Part shown: one piece after another, positions 14,201 to 27,831 of the stretch
Numbering within the stretch: the first letter of the stretch is position 1
Layout: every line of letters starts with the position of its first letter
Origin: Magallana gigas
Taxonomy: Eukaryota
Length of the DNA stretch: 64,000 nt
Reading direction: 5' to 3'
NCBI RefSeq assembly: GCF_963853765.1
Contig: NC_088854.1
Coordinates: forward strand, 25,234,001 to 25,298,000
Notes under the pieces: generated by a model
Told to the model about the DNA's origin: nothing
Databases searched by the model: none
What the model saw: the letters and a program-made list of their open reading frames with translations, nothing else
Made by a program: the position numbers and the translations under genes

Positions 14201-15131
14201 GATTATTAAATAAACATCGAGGCTTGTAACACATCTGTTATCTGGTGATTGTCCTCCCATCCCGCTATATTTACCTCTAATAAACTGTCTGAGCACAGTT
14301 CATGGGTACTGTGACTTACCCGTTTCCTTTTTTAGGAAAGCGAGGACTCAATAACAAGAACAAAACTTTGTATCAAATTTACACTGATTTATTTTCCGCG
14401 ATTCGGAAATTGTCACGAACAAAGCGGAAATTGGATACACGCGGAAAAAACCTGATATACGGTATTGGCAAATTTGCTTCTTTCATATAAAAAAATTATT
14501 TGATCTCCAAGAATTATGGGTATAAAAAAGTTTGATGTAAAAGTCAAGGGGAGACATTTTTGAAAGGGGAGTTTGGAATGGGGGGCTTTATCAAAAACTT
14601 AAAATTAATATAAATTTTTCAGGATGTGAAAGATGACATCCATGGAGCTCAGGGCTGTGGAATGCTTGGTATCCTTGTACAGACTGGTAAGCTCAATTCA
14701 TATTAAATCAAATATTGATATGATTTTTTTTTGGGGGGGGGGGGCAACATCTTTTAATATTTTTGTTTTGAATTTACTACTTATCAAACTCAATAATTAA
14801 AGCAGTAGTATCATATTTTCATAGCAAATTTATTATTTCTGTGATTAAATATCAAGGTTTGCTTATTCAATTAGACGTCTAAAAAAACAAAAACACGTAC
14901 ATTTTTAATATATGTATGACCCAATTAATCAATTAATTCAAGACTTAGTGTTTTATGATTTCTTTTTGAACAATTTTCTTGGAAGCTAAAAAAAATGTTC
15001 TTTTTTCATGTTTTCTTTATTTTTCAGGAAAATACAGACCCAATGATGAAGACAAAATTGATCCAAAGCCATTTTTGACTGTCAGAAACTTTTCAGAGGC
15101 AGTTGATAAAATTATATCCACTTCGTCATGA
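11271..15131 (+). CDS. HDHD2: Haloacid dehalogenase-like hydrolase domain-containing protein 2, 7 coding exons, ~257 aa
   Basis: Exons: 11271-11365 (GC donor), 11848-12056, 12381-12465, 12810-12892, 13646-13779, 14623-14686, 15028-15131 (774 nt). Motifs: [95 protein letters not shown]. Confidence 0.95.
12211..12250 (+). mobile_element. tRNA-derived SINE head fragment
   Basis: GCACCAGATAGCTCAGTTGGTAGAGCAACTGACTAG contains an A-box/D-arm only. There is no T-arm or acceptor 3' half. Confidence 0.5.
12937..13308 (+). mobile_element. Non-autonomous element with a long terminal hairpin (family H2); near-identical inverted copy at 37598-37970
   Basis: About 370 bp matching the reverse complement of 37598-37970 with few differences. 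Hairpin of ~65-bp arms at 13164-13306 around TCCGCTTCGCGTC. Confidence 0.85.
13445..13610 (+). repeat. (GA)n-associated dispersed repeat fragment; second copy at 15587-15760
   Basis: GAGAGAGATT(TT)GTTTACAT.TAAGGT...TTCAGTTATGAATT...GAGTATTTTTAAGGATGTCT is shared between the two sites. Confidence 0.7.
13820..14464. mobile_element. MITE with a TA target (Tc1/mariner-type)
   Basis: 26-bp perfect inverted repeat TACCGTATATCAGGTTTTTTCCGCGT at 13820-13845 and 14439-14464, including the flanking TA. Lies in HDHD2 intron 5. Confidence 0.85.
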
Positions 15132-15581
15132 CACGAGGAGATTTATTTATATAAATCTACTATATAGTTAAAAGACCACTCTTATGTGAACTGCAAAAAT
15201 TGGCACATAATTAGTATCTACATGTTGTTTATTTGCATGTTTAATCTGTTTACTACTTGAAGGAGAGGTCTAACTTGTTCTTCTAGTCCAGAGCTCTGAT
15301 CATTATACATGTATTTATGAACATTGAGAGCAGCATATTATTTGGCAAGACAGTGAGGATGCCTTCATGAGCAGGGGAATAGTAGATCTTTTTAAAGTGG
15401 CTGATGATGTTGCAAAGCAAATTACATGCAGTACTTGAATGCATACAAATAATATGTATGTATCTAATAAAGTAGTACATGTAAATGGAAAGTTTTCAAG
15501 TACATGTACATGTATCTGGAGTAGTGAGTTTTCTGTATACTGGTACATGTTTTAACAATCCAAGTATATTACCATTTCCTC

Positions 15582-15586
<5 letters not shown>

Positions 15587-15651
<65 letters not shown>
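15587..15651. repeat. (GA)n microsatellite
   Basis: Directly visible; it causes the spurious RERE ORF 15485-15694. Confidence 0.95.
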
Positions 15652-15653
<2 letters not shown>

Positions 15654-15904
15654 TTTTGTTTACATATAAGGTAAAACATTCAGTTATGAATTAAACATAT
15701 AAAAAAGAGTATTTTTAAGGATGTCTCTGTGATAATTGTTTTTGTTTACCTTGAAATTATACATGAAGGTTCATGTGAGACACATTATGTTGTAGTTATT
15801 TTGTTTCTTAGCTCCTACATATACATGTACCATTTGAAGACCATTTGGTTTCATTTAATAGTAAAGTTGACCCCTGAATGACAATACATGTTGCTATTTT
15901 AAAA

Positions 15905-16950
15905 ATATAATAGGCCCATGGGCCACATGGTTCACTTGCGCAATAATGTCTGAGCAGGCAACACATCTACGGAACCCTGCAATAGTGAGCCCTCTCTGGT
16001 ATACGTACCTGCGAAAGAGTAATACATGTATCTATTGCTTCAGAAATAATTCAAAATGATCATTCTCTCCATGAATGTCTGAAGAGTTATTTTTTATAAA
16101 TAATAAAAATTGGACCCCACCCTAATGTAGGCCTCTTTCTATTCTTAAGGCACTTATGATAATAAAAATAAACTTGATACCTCATCATAGCTTTACATCG
16201 TAATATCACAGAAAATTAAGTCTTTTTTTATGCATTTCTATGTAAATGTAAAATTGTACCCCAACAGAAGATACCTACCACTGACCACATAGATTAAAGT
16301 GTCCACAAAACAAAACATATTCAACTTATCTTACTACTTTATCTAATAACAGTCTTCATTTTCTTTGTTAATATTTTCTTTCATTCAATTACCTTTGTTA
16401 AATTGGAACAATCCACCCTGCCCCCCTCCCCTCCACAGTTGTGTCATCTGTTTGACCTGAGTCTAGTATTTGCCTAGAGGATCATATGCTTGGATGCTTG
16501 GTTAGTTCAAACTTTAATCTATCACATACAGTTGAACTTTTATATCATCAAATTCTTGAATAACATGAATATGTTGAAGAAACTTAATAGTCCCAACAAG
16601 GTTTTCAATATCTTGATAAAAAATTTCAGTCCTGTTCACTTCAAGATGCATGAAACAAGGTTGACTGTTATAAAAATAAAGCTATTGTAGTACTATTTAG
16701 GAATAATACTGGTTTTTTGGTTCTTAGGAGGAATATTTTTTGCATTCCCCTTTCTATTTTCATTATTCCCTTATCACTTCCATTACGAAGAGGACTGGCT
16801 ATCAATAAAACACAAACTTGAAGACTTCATTATACAATATTTCATTGGCCCAGTTGTTTGAAAGAAAATGTTGAATATTTTAAGATGGTAGGACAGACAG
16901 ATATGTAGATGCAGGTTAAGATATTTCTTGAGCTTTCACCCAGGTGAGCT
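15905..16950 (+). mobile_element. Degenerate Helitron/Helentron-associated (CvA/pearl-like) element
   Basis: Start AGGCCCATGGGCCAC.TGGTTCAC, GACAGACAG remnant near 16890 and end AGCTTTCACCCAGGTGAGCTAA resemble the termini of these bivalve elements as I recall them. The interior is heavily decayed. Confidence 0.4.
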
Positions 16951-17231
16951 AATAATCAAGAAATATGGAAATCATTAATTGTGAGCTATTTCCACACAAA
17001 CTATTTGAAACTATTGAGCTCACACAAGCTTTCGAAAACTAAAACGTCTAAAGCACCAAAATATACATGATTTTTTTTTATTATTTTATACATAAAATAA
17101 ATATTGCACTGTATACATTTCAGATATTTTACATAAACATATACACATTGTGTAAATGTAAAAGATACATGTCCTTGCATCAATATTCAAGCTTTACATG
17201 GGGTTTTGGACACAAAGTTATCTCCCGTTAA

Positions 17232-17573
17232 GGTGGCTCACTACACCTTAAATATCTTCTCAAATCAGTAGAAAATTACTTGACTATGTTAGATATAATA
17301 ATGGATAAGAAGTATTTAAGTCAAATAGGCAAAAAAATGTGCAATTTTGGATGAAAAATTACATTTTCAAAAATTCAATTCAGTGAACATGAACAAAAGC
17401 TCCAGGCGGATTCGAACTCATGATCTGCGGTTCAGAAGCCCAAATATTTTAACCACTGAGCTACGACGATATACAATCGAATCGAACAATATAAACAGTT
17501 TAACAAAACATTTAAATCGCCATCTTGTGAAGTAGTGTCTTAAAAAGTATAAGTCTGGGTGTAGTCAGGTACC
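17232..17573. mobile_element. TTAA-flanked MITE carrying a tRNA-derived module (copy 1)
   Basis: TTAA|GGTGGCTCACTACACC...GGTGTAGTCAGGTACC|TTAA. The minus strand at ~17398-17465 has A-box TAGCTCAGTGG and B-box GTTCGAATCC. Confidence 0.75.
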
Positions 17574-17708
17574 TTAAATGATACTTTTTTTTATGAATGA
17601 GCTGTTCTGAATGTATGGAAGTGAAATCCAGTTCATCCTGTTGCTGTACAATATCATGTATATTCCTGTTTGTGAGGCCATATATCTCTAGGTTTCTACC
17701 CTAGCTCT

Positions 17709-20700
17709 CTAAAACCTTGTAAGCTTGATAGGAAAGTTTTCTGTCACCAAATGATTGTCTTGAAACACAATTACTATGTTGATTTCAAAATCTGAAAGTA
17801 AAATCAATCAAAATAAAATGCAAGTACACGTACTTCTTTCACATTGGCATTGCAGACCATCATGCAGCTAATAAAGCAGAGAATGCTTCAATTCATTTAA
17901 TTGTTCCCTTGTCTACCTATATATAATATACAAAATCCAGAAAAGGATCTATTGCAAATACATGTAACAATTCAATTGACCAACATTGGAGATAAATTTG
18001 TGAAGACAGAAACCAATACTGACCCTATAGGTCAATTTAATTGTAATAGACAATTGATCCTTTATAATTTACAAACAATAACACACATACTTACCAACTT
18101 TGAAATTATTGGTTGAAAGTGTCGGACACGTAAAGAGACGAGGGAAGATCATGAAGATGGGTATAGAGATTCCCCTGCACACATCACCATCAGCTATCTG
18201 TATGTTCTGTATCTCTGTGGCTGTAAAAAGTACAGGAGTGTATTCATTCAACAAATCTCAGCATTGGAAAAAGTTTTCAAATTCAAAGGTAATTCAATTA
18301 ATACATGTACTTTATATACTAGCTGTGAAAAAAAACCCTGGGAAGCAATGTACTGCTAAAAAAATCATTAGTTTTTTAGGGGCTGGTGTTGCAGATTGAT
18401 AACTCCTGTTTATATTGCCGGGTAATGATAATCCTTTCCACAAAACTTACTGGAATTGAAGCAATAATCATTCACTCTACAATATATCTGGTAAATACTG
18501 ACCGTCTTTAGCATATCCCTCAGCACATCCACATGTTTCTACCCGCACTAATTGAATCTCTATGGACTTGATCTGTGTGTCACACTGCTCTACCATCAGC
18601 TGTCAATAAAACTTGGTGTAAAATAGGTGTTTTCATATTCTTGCAAGTCCTTGTACATTTTTTTGAAACAGCAAAAATGTGGTAACTGCATTGGTTTTTA
18701 AGACTTTGACTAATTTACAGTAAATCAAGCTTAAAGGAAAATGTAAAGGACAACCAATTTTGATTGGTTATAAGCATATATAGAAAGATATATTCATTAC
18801 TAAGTGAATTTGCTGGAAAGTTTACTGCAAAATACATGTACATCCATCATTATAAATACATGCAGGTGTCATTAACATTATTTACATTGCATGTATATAC
18901 AAACTATATGTACATGTATAGACACTTGATGTTTCTTCTAATTAGAGATTCCTCTTTCATACAATCATATACTTTGTATAACAGGCAGTACAGAGAATGA
19001 AAAGAAAGGCTTGTACGTAACATCAATTGTCTAAAGTTTCCAAAAAAGGTGGGGGGTCACAACTTTAATTACTGCAAAGTCTATAATACAAATTTATCAT
19101 ATAATGGAATAAATGCATGATCATGTTATATTAGAACATGGACTGAAAGATAAAATCATAATTTTATTAACACTAAAACTAAATTCTCAGATAATCTTAC
19201 CTCCCCTTTGAGTGGTTTCGTGATGCATAAAACAGCTGACTCCAATTTCCCCTTGACTTTGAACTTTGGCACGTTCTGCTTCTAAAATATGCAAGACCTA
19301 TTTAAAAAAAAAAGTTTTCTCTTGAAGAACAAAAGAGAAATTCTGCTTTTATTAGTTGCCTGACTTACTTCTTTTACATTTGTTAACGTCTCGGGGGATA
19401 TGGTAAACTGAACAGGCTTGGGTTTTGCCTTCTCTGCTTTATCCTGTGAATTCAAATCATAAACACAACACAGTCAATATACATGCATCTATCAAGTTCC
19501 ACATCAATAATGTAAAAATATAAAGTCATTTGTACACATGTACGCACCTTGTCCGAATATTCTACAATAAATTCACAGGTTTTCTGTAGATCCTTTGCAA
19601 GTAGGGGCCTCTTCATATCAACTTTCAGCGAGTACTAAAATAGAAGGTAATAGATGTATCGGTAATAATAACTGTACATTTTTTAAACATGAACAAGAAT
19701 ATAAGGGAATATATATAGCAAATTAAGTTTATTTAGGCTTCCTGGTAACATTCTTAACAATCCTGTTTGAAATTTCATACTCACGACATAGTAATATCAA
19801 ACTCTGATAAATCAAACAAATTAATGGACTCATAACTTTTTTTTCCCACAGGAAATATTACACAAAAACTTAAAGGCTCAATCTTCTCATTGGAAATATT
19901 TAATAAAGTTACATGTACATGTAACATAAATCATCATATCGTCATTTATGCTTTTACATATGTTTTTTTAAACGGTTTTTTTAAATACCATGTGCCCCTG
20001 ACACAAAAAAATCAATTTTTTCTAAGTTTGCTTTCAAAGTTGGTTTATGATATTTTGTACAAAAATGTAATCCTTTTACCTGTATGTTTACAAACACTCC
20101 ATGGTAAGTTTCATATAGTTCCTTGTTTCCCTTTGCTTTTAATGGAATTTCAAAGGGAATTTCGGTTCTGCCACTAGGAAGTTTTCCAGGCTTAGCTATA
20201 TCCAAGGAATAATTTATCAGCTGAAGAGGCTGTAAGTGTAAAAATAATAATTAAAATTACTCCAATTTTTTTTCAGGATTAATTCACATTCATTTTCCTA
20301 ATCGAAATTAAAATTTATGGTAAAATGATAAACATTAAACTAAAAAAAAAATGCTCTTTAAGAATATTATTCATTAAACCTATCATTAACAGAAAATCTA
20401 GTAGACATGAGACTTACTGGTAATTTAAATTATAAGCTGCAATTTCTGATTCTAACCTTCAGTGAACTGTAGAATGCCTCAAAGAGTCCTACACTCTTAG
20501 CACTGAGCTGCAAGTTTACTGATCCCTCCATCACCAAGGTGATGCCTTGATGGGCTATCTCACTTTTTCCTGCATCAACACATATTGCCCCCTTCACTAG
20601 TTCCTGGTAAGAAAAAGAATGATTTCTGCTAAAATATGCATTATAGTAACATTTACTTTGTTTTGCCCAGCAGCCGGGCAAGCGAAGCAAGTAAGAAAAT

Positions 20701-22261
20701 TAATCAACAGCCTGCAGGTACATATGTTTCATTTTAATACATGTATATAAGTTAACAAATTACCATGGTTTATTTGGATACAATATGTCAATGAGAAAAA
20801 AATTGATAACAAAATAAACTACCGGTACAATTTTCTGAGGTTTAAAAAAATAATTTTATGCTCCAGTTTACACCATGTAGAATCACACATACAGGGGCCG
20901 TGATCCATGTAGTGTGGGGCCATGATTTTGAAGCGGTGAAAGTAGGTCATCGAGTATTCAAAGACCTAGTTATTATGTTTAATAAAAATCAATTTTGTTG
21001 ACAAAAATTATTGAATTGAAGACAGTGATTATTGAGAAACTACTTCTAGTAACATGGGGGTTGAAATATCTTTGGAAAAGCTCAAACACTTTGACAATAT
21101 GCAGGTAAGGTAGGCGCCACATATTATTTTCAGGGTGTTTTATTAAAAATTTCTAATACTTATACTGCCATGTTTTTTATTCTTAAATCAGTTCCTTGAA
21201 AAGAAAACCTATATTTTATAAGAGAAAACAATCTCACATGTATAAACGAGGAGTATTTGATCGAAAACTTGATGCGGTGTAGGGGGCTGATGACCTACAG
21301 TGCTTTCACGGCCCCAATGGTACATCAATCACAGCCTTCTTATGTGCGATTCTACACAGTAGTATAAATACAATACCACAAGTTTTGATCTAATTAAGAG
21401 GAGAACTTACTTTAAAATCATCAGTTGAGTTATTTTTGATACAATGTCATACTATGATTATACTAGATTTTTTACCCTGATTATGATATCAGAATTCATT
21501 TTGGCAATTAAGTTTAGTGTTGTCTGCCTTCATATTTAACTCGAGAATGATCTACGAGCAGTAGGATGCTTTATTTACGCTAAACTTTTTCAAGGCATGA
21601 TGTTTTTGCAATACATCTTAACTGGTTCCTGCAAGAACACTTAATCAGAACCCATATGCAATTTATGGGGAAATGTTGGTCTGACTCTGACTGCAAAATA
21701 TACATTGGGTTAAATGAGCAAAGTTTGAACTTTTTTCTTTGACCACACATTCATTGATCATGTTGTTCAATGATCTCGGTGCTTGCCAGTGCTTTGTGAT
21801 GGCCATGCAGCTACCTTTACTAACAATACAGGTACGAGTTTCTGAGAAAGGATAAAGACATGCTTAAGAGCAAAATCTTGTGAATGAAAGGCGCCTAAAG
21901 GTTCATGAAATTTTTATATATATAAAGATATACATAAAGAGCAGAAACTGTGACATTATACTGATTGATCCTATTTTGATTCTGGGTAAACGTGTGATAT
22001 TGTAAAGGGATCCTGGGGCTTCTATACAAGTATTCTCTTTCGAGATGTGGACAGGCACAACATGTTCAAATGATGCTTGTCCAGTGTCCACCTCTCTATA
22101 TACATCTAGAGGGAATACTATTCAAGAATGGAGATATACCAAGATCTATACCTTTTTAGAACTTTATGTACCATAGAGACAGAAAATGGCATTCGAGTTT
22201 AACCTACCCCTTCTCTGTAAACTTTATTTGCCTTTTTCAATTTGATGTCTAGCGTCGCCAT
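17709..22261 (-). CDS. VPS26C: Vacuolar protein sorting-associated protein 26C (DSCR3, Retriever subunit), 9 coding exons, ~299 aa
   Basis: Exons (-): 22261-22208, 20603-20457, 20229-20080, 19634-19548, 19443-19369, 19281-19201, 18599-18503, 18220-18095, 17791-17709 (900 nt). Motifs: MATLDIKLKKANKVY, HQGITLVMEGSVNLQLSAKSVGLFEAFY, LYETYHGVFVNIQY, QLVRVETCGCAEGYAKDATEIQNIQIADGDVCRG, ENFPIKLTRF. Confidence 0.97.
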
Positions 22262-22825
22262 TTTGTAGTCATGTGACTCGGTACCCCCTACATCACCTTA
22301 AACTAAAATAAAAGTAAGAATAACTTTTGAGAAGACATATTTTCTTTAAAATATAATATTGTAACTTTTAACACTTTTTATATAAGTAATAATAAATCAT
22401 AGCTATGAATCATTTCACCCCATAGAGAATTTTTATTTGATATAAGAGGCGTGCTGTTACAAATACCTCCTTATTTTTTAATTTTTCTTTGAAAAAGTAT
22501 GTACAAGTCATAGAAATAAAACTGTAATTTTTAAATCAAAAATTTGCTATTTTCTGCCGTTTTATTGTTTCAAATATCTATTGTTTGACCGTAAGTGGAA
22601 GTAGAAAACATTTAGTACGAGGGCGGTATAAGTAATAGCTGTTACTACAAACGTCGCTAGGGGAATTTACCTGTGGGTTGCACCTGTACAGTGTACTGTG
22701 GAATATATACCCGGTGTTGTGGATTGTCACTCGATTCGGAAGATCGAGTAATGGTGTATGCATAATTAAGATAACTATAATTTTCACGTGATATCTATCC
22801 AGAACACCCTACACACCTGTAAACG
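22262..22825. promoter_or_regulatory. Putative bidirectional promoter / 5'UTRs of VPS26C and the SAXO-like gene
   Basis: 564 bp lie between the divergent start codons. Confidence 0.5.
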
Positions 22826-24217
22826 ATGGCTGCAGGTGATGTTGATTTCCTGACAGAGCAGTTTCCTGACAATGTATCAATCAGTGAGCTGTGTGATTGC
22901 GGGTAAGTAGGAAGGATTCCAACTACAATGTACTACAATGTAAATTAGCCATCATAAATGAAAAATACAACTAGCCTATACGTGTATATCTACAAGTGAA
23001 ATTGTGTCATTCATACATGTAGTTTACTGTAAAAACCTTTTAAGTTGTGAAAGAAATTCAGGTTACAATGAAGTCAACTTACAGCTAAATGTATAATAAC
23101 TTTCATATCGGATCTATCATAGAATTCCCTGTAGATCGACAGAATCTGATGTTTCTGCATATAATAAGTTATATTGTTATGATATCCACGTATGAAAATG
23201 ATTAGACTGACACATGCAGGAATGTTGTGTATTGCAAGTAATGGCTGATGGGCATACTTATCATTATTAACATGAGAGGTTGTGACTACAATTACACTTT
23301 CATATGCATACAACAAAAACCCCTTATCATGGCAATGTGTATAGACTATAGAATGTGCTTCTTTATATGTATACATGTTTAAACATTGCATTACAGACAA
23401 ATTAACTGTGCAGCTGTAAGGTGAGAACTGATGGACCTCATAAGTTTCACTAAATCCACAATTAAACTAATACAGAACTTTGCATGATACAGAAATTCAT
23501 CTGTCCTTGTTGTACCCTCTGTTGTACCACTACTAGTATGTGAGATATATAGCCAACTCTTCTCCTAGTTTCTCTAAAGAGTCACATGTTCTCTTGAATT
23601 TACCCCAACACTTTACCTGACAAACTGTTTGTGTTATATTTTGTGTTTATTGCTCTATCAAGTTGTGAAGATAATTGAAGTCCTCATTGTGATGGGGTAC
23701 TTGACTATAGTTCACAAACACTAACATTCAGCATGTCGAGTAGCCCACGATTTATGACAGATCCTCACCATGTATATCAAGAACAAATACTGCAGTGCTC
23801 TAAGGTAGTAATGTTAGATAATTCAAGACAGCCTAGGGTTTGATAAAATAACTTAAAGAAGTTTAAATTCTTACATCATGGAAAACCTATGAACTCAATT
23901 ATATTTTAGAAATTTTGAAATAAAATATGATTTACTCCAGAAAATCTTTTTTTTTCTTTCTACAAACATACATAAGAAACCAAAAAATAAAAATTAAATT
24001 AATATACATGTATATATTAACAACTACAAAAAGAGATAGGAAAAAAAAAACCCTAAATCATACCAAACATAATAAAACTAACACATGTAGACATCTTTAA
24101 AATTTTACATGTATTTTGTTTTTTTTAAATGACTCTTAAATAAAAAGAAAATAATGTAAATCGAGTGAGGATCGATTTTTTTAAATAAATTATCTTTGAC
24201 TGACTTGTATGTGTACT

Positions 24218-24297
<80 letters not shown>

Positions 24298-27200
24298 ATG
24301 CGGACGGAGAGACAGAAAAATTCTTTTGATCTTTCTTCACGTACCTGTTTTTCTTAACAAAATAGCAAAATAACAGGGAAGATGTGATACACATGTAGCA
24401 TATTGACCAAAGTTCAAAACTTAATCCCTTGATCTATAACTTTCTAAAGGGATTTCAAAATATAAGAGGTGTGTAAAAGGACGGATTTGTAATAATTAAA
24501 ACCCACAGGACTGGAAAAGGTAACATTCTAATTTGACTTTTAAATTTGACCCATTTTACACATGTAAGACCAATTACACTGGCAAGTCCTTTCCGAAAAG
24601 AGAGAATAACAAATATTTTTGTACACATGCAGTTCGAAAATATTTGCCATTTATAATAAATATGCAGTGGGCATACATTATATTTCATTGCAGAACTACA
24701 TGTATATTCTGATTTCATTGATACTGGGTATTAAAACTTGCTGCTTTTGAAATACACAGAAAACACAAGCGAAGGAAGCAAAATGTCCCGATTCCCCGAA
24801 AGTCATGTCCTTTTCCGGAGTCGGATTACGCCCGCACCTTCAAGGCCGTGGAGCACCCTCGGCCCCGGTCAAGTAAAAGGCCCCCTCCCTCCCCCACGGT
24901 CAGGGATCGACACTCGGCCCCGATGATGTTTTCCACGAACCAGAGGGATGACTTCAAGTCACCTGGTGCAGTCTCACGGACCAAGCCAATCATCCCGGTA
25001 TGTTATCCATTGCTCAGTGCTGTACTCTTTGATGCATTGAAGCATTGAAAAGTGAAGGTGGTATGGGACACCTGTCGTTATCAATGCGGACAAAAGTAAA
25101 TTATAATGAAAGTACTTTAACGTTTTATAATTTTCAAATTTGCAATATTTGACCAAAAAAATGTTTTAAAAATTATTGGAAAGGTAAAATAGATAAAAGC
25201 CCCAGCGGAATTCGAACTCATGACTTAAAGATTCGTAGCTAACGCTCTTACCCATTGCGCTACGATAGTAGGTAACAATTTTGTAAGGCCAGCATCAATA
25301 ATATATATGTTTGATGTACTCCGACCCAAAGTTTTCATGGTTGATAGGTAGGTAGCTCTTTTTTTCTTTTAAATTTTCTTGCATATGATAATCAAACTCT
25401 TTTTGCTATACCGAGAAAGCTTAACAAATCCATAATTGAATCATACAAACGCATAATCTAAATGTGTTTTTTATACGACATGGACAATAAAAAAAATTCA
25501 AATTCAAATACTGAAAACTATTAACTGGGTAGGTGCAATTTTGATGGGTCGGTTGGAGTACATCAAACGAATCAAATTTTAAGTTTGGCCTTAAGAAAAA
25601 AAAATGATACTTGATTTTATTGTTTATTTCGATAGGAAGTACGTCACAATATGGAAGTGTCCCATACCACCTTAAAATGAATTGCAAAATTCAAACGATA
25701 GTTTTTATGTTTGTGAACAATATAGTAACGTTTTGATAATCAGTCTTTGCTCAATGGTGTACTCTTTGATGTTTATTTAACTGCGGGAACTCTGTAAAAC
25801 AATGAGTAGGTAAAAATGAATTGTAAATTCAACAGAGAATATTCACGTTTGTGAACAATGGGTAACATTGTGATAACCAGTATACTGAAATATTTTATTG
25901 ATTGTCATCAAATATTTTGAAAATCGTTATTCACATGTGGAAAATATAAATGTTATTAAGCAAATAAGCGAAGGCGCACTGCACTTAGAATTATCCTGGC
26001 AATATTCAATATATTGATCAAGCAGTCTTGTAATGTTTTTTGAAAAAATAAAAAAAGGGTTGAAGCTCCCGTCTGTTGTTCGTAAATCTCTACAACTTTA
26101 ATAAAATAATCAGTAGAATAGGGGAAAAATCAATAACATTCTGTCCTTTTTCTCCACAGGAAGAAAACTACGAACCCCTCAACGTTCCCATCGAAAAGAT
26201 GACGTCGTACAATCAGGAGTTCACGGCCAAACAAGCCCAGCCCGAGTTCAGAAGGATGGAGCCCCGGGGCACGGTCCAGATCCCGGATGTTAAATTTGAC
26301 GGACACACGACAAACAAGGACCACTTTAAGCAGTGGATTGCGCAGCCGACGATGCATTTCCAAGAGCTTCCTAGCTTTACAGGTTCAGAAAATATTTACA
26401 TGACCACGCAAATACATGTAGTCCGTCTTCGTGAAATATTAAATAAAATGTTGACGTCAGCATAGCCTTAAATTTATAAAATTGCTCCATAGGTTCCATT
26501 TTGTTTCCTGGGAAAAACAAGTTACCTTCAAGTGAAACAAAGCAACAGTTTCGTGGTGAATTCATCAGACGTCCCGAAGCTGTGCGGTTAGCAGACGCCA
26601 ACATTACGATGGAAGGTTTGTTTGGATTAAATTACAAACCGATAGGCCGAGCATAATGATATAAACCAAATAAAAACAATGCACATAACTATATGTTAAT
26701 TACTAGAAAAACAATACTTGTAATGTATCATTACTCTATAGGTGATATGCAGATGACAACAACCAACAATGACACATATAAGATGATCTACGGGGACCAC
26801 CGGGCGGAACGTATCGTCAAGAAACCCACACTGGGTACCTCCAAGAAACTGGGCAAATTCGAGACGGAGACACAGAACAGACGAGATTTCCCGCAGTATG
26901 CAGGGGCAAGACCCGCCAAACTCGCCGAACCCGCGCCAGAAACCATCGACCTCAGATTTGATAACAAGTAAGTTAATACATGTAATTACGGTATTCTCAA
27001 AAAAATTTTCGATTATAAATTATCGTTTTTATGAAAATAATATATTTTGACATATCAAAGATCTATAATTTTTTTTTTGCTGTTTTTTTTTATCTCAAGA
27101 GTAAATTACATGTATACCATACCGGCTACAGTCGTATGAACACATTTTTGAAATATCAATTTTAGGAGAAGCTTTCAAACAGAACAACGTTCTATCTATA

Positions 27201-27831
27201 AGGGACATGACATTCGACAGAATCCGATGCAAAAACCGATAAGACACGATATAGAGGAATTTAACCCACCTTCCGTGAAATTTGAGACAGAAACTTCGAA
27301 CAAGGTATTTAACAAAATTCATAAGAAATGTAGATAAAAGATGGTCCCGCCAACTGTTGATAGTTTCACAAGGTTTTCTCTTTGTTATTTCAGAGAGACT
27401 TCCAGCCTATCGATATCGCTGCCAATCTAACCTATAAAGCCCAGGTTCCACATTCAACAATCCGGGTACCTGACGTCAAGTTTGACGGAAGAACCAGTTT
27501 CGGCGAGTTCTTCAAGAACTATGGCGCAATTAAACGAGAAAGATATGGCGACTTTCACGAGAACCGACCGTATATTCCTCCCCAGACGAAGTTTGACGGC
27601 GTCAGTACCACAAAAACAACCTTCACGCCCAAGAAATGGGAACCGACCAGACCATTCCTTCCAGAAAACAGACCCATAGAAAGTGACGGTGCAATGGATT
27701 TTAGTACTGTCCATAATGAAACATACCAGAAACCAAAGGTCAAACCTTGTAGAGCAGAAATATATCTTATCCAGAAAGAACTCAGACGACAGAAAGAGCT
27801 AGAGGCGGCCAGAATAGTGGCAGCTAAGTAA
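22826..27831 (+). CDS. SAXO1-like: Stabilizer of axonemal microtubules (SAXO/FAM154 family) protein, 7 coding exons, ~487 aa
   Basis: Exons: 22826-22902, 24760-24997, 26160-26382, 26493-26615, 26742-26967, 27166-27304, 27394-27831 (1464 nt, phases consistent). N-terminal ELCDCGKH. Repeated Mn/STOP-like units: MFSTNQRDDF, KMTSYNQEF, KFDGHTTNKDHF, KFETETQNRRDF, KFETETSNKRDF, KFDGRTSFGEFF, KFDGVSTTKTTF, MDFSTVHNETY. The paralogue (SAXO1 or SAXO2) is not resolved. Confidence 0.8.
24220..24293. repeat. (GA)n microsatellite
   Basis: Directly visible in SAXO-like intron 1. Confidence 0.95.
25057..25671. mobile_element. TTAA-type MITE carrying a tRNA-derived module (copy 2)
   Basis: 15-bp TIR GGTGGTATGGGACAC, flanks TGAA/TTAA. 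The minus strand at ~25198-25265 reads TAGCGCAATGG...GTTCGAATTCC. Confidence 0.8.

Noticed and set aside
15485-15694. RERERE ORF, and the SLSLSL ORF at 24125-24394
   Set aside because: They are translations of (GA)n microsatellites.
17398-17465. Possible tRNA genes here and at ~25198-25265, ~55005-55072 and 12211-12250
   Set aside because: A/B boxes are present, but acceptor and anticodon stems do not pair properly. Three lie inside TIR elements and one is only a 5' half.
23660-23805. Candidate extra SAXO exon ending AAG|GTAGTA
   Set aside because: It has no convincing acceptor or repeat motif, and exon 1 joins 24760 directly to give the expected CG-KH motif.
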